The notes beneath the pieces are model-generated. The model ran no database searches, was not told the DNA's origin, and was given only the letters and a program-made list of their open reading frames with translations. Source: Actinomycetes bacterium (lineage in GTDB: Bacteria > Actinomycetota > Acidimicrobiia > Acidimicrobiales > Microtrichaceae). Taken from it: a stretch of DNA of 64,000 nt. The stretch lies in the NCBI GenBank assembly GCA_029782335.1, contig JAKOVA010000182.1:27221-91220 (forward strand), written 5' to 3'. Shown in pieces: positions 62,267 to 64,000 of this stretch (position 1 is its first letter; every line of letters starts with the position of its first letter). A program made the translations under genes and the position numbers.

Positions 62267-63664
62267 GTGACCGACCTGATCGACCCAGACACCCTCCAGC
62301 GAGTATTGAGCGCGGCGCTGGGCACCGGTGCCGATTGGGCGGAGGTGTTCGCCGAGGACCGCCGATCCACCGGTGCCGTGCTCGATGACGGCAAGGTCGA
62401 GGAGATGACCTCCGGTCGTGACCGGGGGGCGGGAATCCGAGTGGTCGTCGGCGACTCGACCGGGTTCGCCCACACCGCGGATCTGAGCGAACGTGGCCTG
62501 CTCGAGACCGCTCGCATCGCCGCAGACGCCGCTCGGGGGGCCAACGGTGAGGGTCGTGTGGTGGCGCTCGACCGTCGCGAGGTGCCGTCGCAGCGGATTT
62601 CGATCGTTCCCGACGAGGTCGACAAGGCGCGCAAGGTCGAACTCCTGCTCGCCGCCGATCGCGTGGCCCGCGGTCATGACGGTGCGATCTCCCAGGTCAT
62701 GGCCCGCTACTCCGACGGGCGTCGGCGTATCCAGATCGCGAACTCCGACGGGCTGTTGACCAGCGACGATCAGGTGCGCACCACCTTCTCGGTGTCCTGT
62801 GTCGCGACGGGCGACACCGGTATGCAGACGGGACGCGAGTCGGTTGGGCACACGATCGGGTTCGAGTTGTTCGACCGCTACGACGTCGAGGAGTTGGCGC
62901 GTGCAGCAGCGGGACGAGCAGTCACGAAGCTGCGTGCGCGCCCGGCGCCATCGGGGCAGATGACCGTCGTCATCGGTTCCGGCGGCGGCGGGGTCATGTT
63001 CCACGAAGCCTGCGGCCACGGTCTCGAGGCGGACCTCGTGGACAAGGGTGCGTCGGTGTTCGCTGGGCGCATCGGTGAGCAGGTCGCATCGCCACTCGTG
63101 ACCCTCGTCGACGACGGGACGATGGGCGGCGAGTGGGGGTGTTTCGCCGTCGACGACGAAGGCCACGCCGCACAGCGGAACGTGCTGATCGAGAACGGCA
63201 TCCTCGTCGATTACATGTGGGACGGGCTGCGGGCACGCAAGGAGGGTCGCCGCAGTTCCGGCAACGGCCGACGTCAGAGCTATCAGCACCTCCCGATGGT
63301 GCGAATGACCAACACGTATCTCCTCGGCGGAACGTCGCGGCCCGACGACATCGTCGCCGACACCGACTCCGGCGTCTACATCGCACACCTCGGCGGAGGG
63401 CAGGTGAATACGGCGACGGGTGACTTCGTGTTCGGGATGACCGAGGCGTACCTCATCGAAGGCGGGCGGATCACCGAGCCGCTCCGCGAGGGAAACCTGA
63501 TCGGTAACGGACCGGCGGTCCTGCGAAATATCGATGCGGTCGGCGACGACTTCGCCATGGGGCCACCCGGGACCTGCGGCAAAGACGGCCAAGGGGTGCC
63601 CGTGGGCGACGGCGTACCGACGCTCCGGGTTCACGGCCTCACGATCGGCGGCACCGCCGCGTGA
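62267..63664 (+). CDS. tldD: TldD metalloprotease
   Basis: ORF 61685..63664 trimmed to GTG at 62267, with GAGGAG upstream. HEACGHGLE zinc motif. Sequence is TldD-like throughout. Confidence 0.9.
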   Translation: MTDLIDPDTLQRVLSAALGTGADWAEVFAEDRRSTGAVLDDGKVEEMTSGRDRGAGIRVVVGDSTGFAHTADLSERGLLETARIAADAARGANGEGRVVALDRREVPSQRISIVPDEVDKARKVELLLAADRVARGHDGAISQVMARYSDGRRRIQIANSDGLLTSDDQVRTTFSVSCVATGDTGMQTGRESVGHTIGFELFDRYDVEELARAAAGRAVTKLRARPAPSGQMTVVIGSGGGGVMFHEACGHGLEADLVDKGASVFAGRIGEQVASPLVTLVDDGTMGGEWGCFAVDDEGHAAQRNVLIENGILVDYMWDGLRARKEGRRSSGNGRRQSYQHLPMVRMTNTYLLGGTSRPDDIVADTDSGVYIAHLGGGQVNTATGDFVFGMTEAYLIEGGRITEPLREGNLIGNGPAVLRNIDAVGDDFAMGPPGTCGKDGQGVPVGDGVPTLRVHGLTIGGTAA

Positions 63665-64000
63665 AGGCAGAAACGCTCCAGGCGATCTGCGATCGGGTCG
63701 TCGCGTCGGGAGGGCCGGGTGAGGAAATCGAGGCCGTCGCGATGTGGTCCCGTGACACCGAGGTTCGCGCGTACGAGGCGGCGGTCGAGTCGTTCACGTC
63801 GGCCGAGTCGGCGGGCGTCGGCGTTCGAGTGGTCCGTGACGGGCGCGTCGGGTTCGCGTGGGCGGGCACCTTTGAGGAGTCGGCGGTCCGCGAGGCGTTG
63901 GCGGACGCCCGCGACAACGCTCGCTTCTCCAGCCCCGACCCCCTCGCCGGTGTCGCGGCACCCGATCATGTCGAGCCGGTTGCCCTGACGCTGCACGACC
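63661..64000 (+). CDS. pmbA: PmbA/TldE protease partner (5' partial, runs off the window)
   Basis: GTG at 63661 overlaps the tldD stop (GTGA). Translation VKAETLQAICDRVVASGGPGEEIEAVAMWSRDTEVRAYEAAVESFTSAESAGVGVRVVRDGRVGFAW is PmbA-like. The frame is open to the window end. Confidence 0.8.
   Translation, partial: MKAETLQAICDRVVASGGPGEEIEAVAMWSRDTEVRAYEAAVESFTSAESAGVGVRVVRDGRVGFAWAGTFEESAVREALADARDNARFSSPDPLAGVAAPDHVEPVALTLHD

Noticed and set aside
1-64000. Mobile elements, prophage, genomic-island boundaries, tRNA or rRNA genes
   Set aside because: I found no transposase, integrase or recombinase-like ORFs. I found no long terminal inverted repeats flanking a gene set, and no tRNA-like T-loop/acceptor sequences in the intergenic gaps. 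Apart from a slightly lower GC at 2651-3175, composition looks uniform.

Overview
Very GC-rich window with strong GC3 bias, densely coding. It looks like a chromosomal segment of a high-GC actinobacterium: Rpf-like transglycosylase, F420-type LLM oxidoreductase, mycobacterial-type steroid genes and an LPXTG protein are present. I support about 56 CDS. I see no rRNA, tRNA, CRISPR array, transposase, integrase or prophage genes.

Gene content:
- Lipid/steroid catabolism dominates. There is a collinear ipdA-ipdB-ipdC-fadE-fadE-thiolase operon plus an echA20-like gene (homologues of the mycobacterial/rhodococcal steroid ring C/D, HIP, pathway). There are also three more acyl-CoA dehydrogenases, four SDRs, a second thiolase, a MaoC hydratase and a second crotonase.
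- Transport: a Liv-type ABC importer with an unusual LivH-LivM-LivF triple fusion, and a MacB/FtsX-type ABC exporter.
- Signalling: two c-di-GMP proteins.
- Cell envelope: a coiled-coil M15 peptidase, a coiled-coil Rpf-like transglycosylase, an orphan MurD-like ligase, an acyltransferase-3/SGNH protein, an LPXTG protein and a pentapeptide-repeat lipoprotein.
- Housekeeping: panD, mutM, dxs, an nfuA-like gene and tldD-pmbA.

I did not find an obvious multi-gene novel system such as a defence island. The most interesting signals are non-coding:
1. A perfect palindrome TCTGACG-N3-CGTCAGA occurs in three separate divergent promoter regions of catabolic genes. It matches neither the KstR nor the KstR2 operator consensus as I recall them, so it is a candidate operator of an unassigned regulon.
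2. A KstR-type box lies directly upstream of an acyl-CoA dehydrogenase.
3. Four intergenic tandem-repeat loci (72-73 bp x3, 49 bp x2 containing 17 bp x4, 21 bp x4, 15 bp x4) sit at gene 3' ends or intercistronic gaps. Two of them carry hairpins with the same CCGAACTT...A(A/G)GTTCGG termini, which suggests a dispersed REP/MIRU-like element family.

All protein family calls come from reading motifs by eye. No database search was possible.
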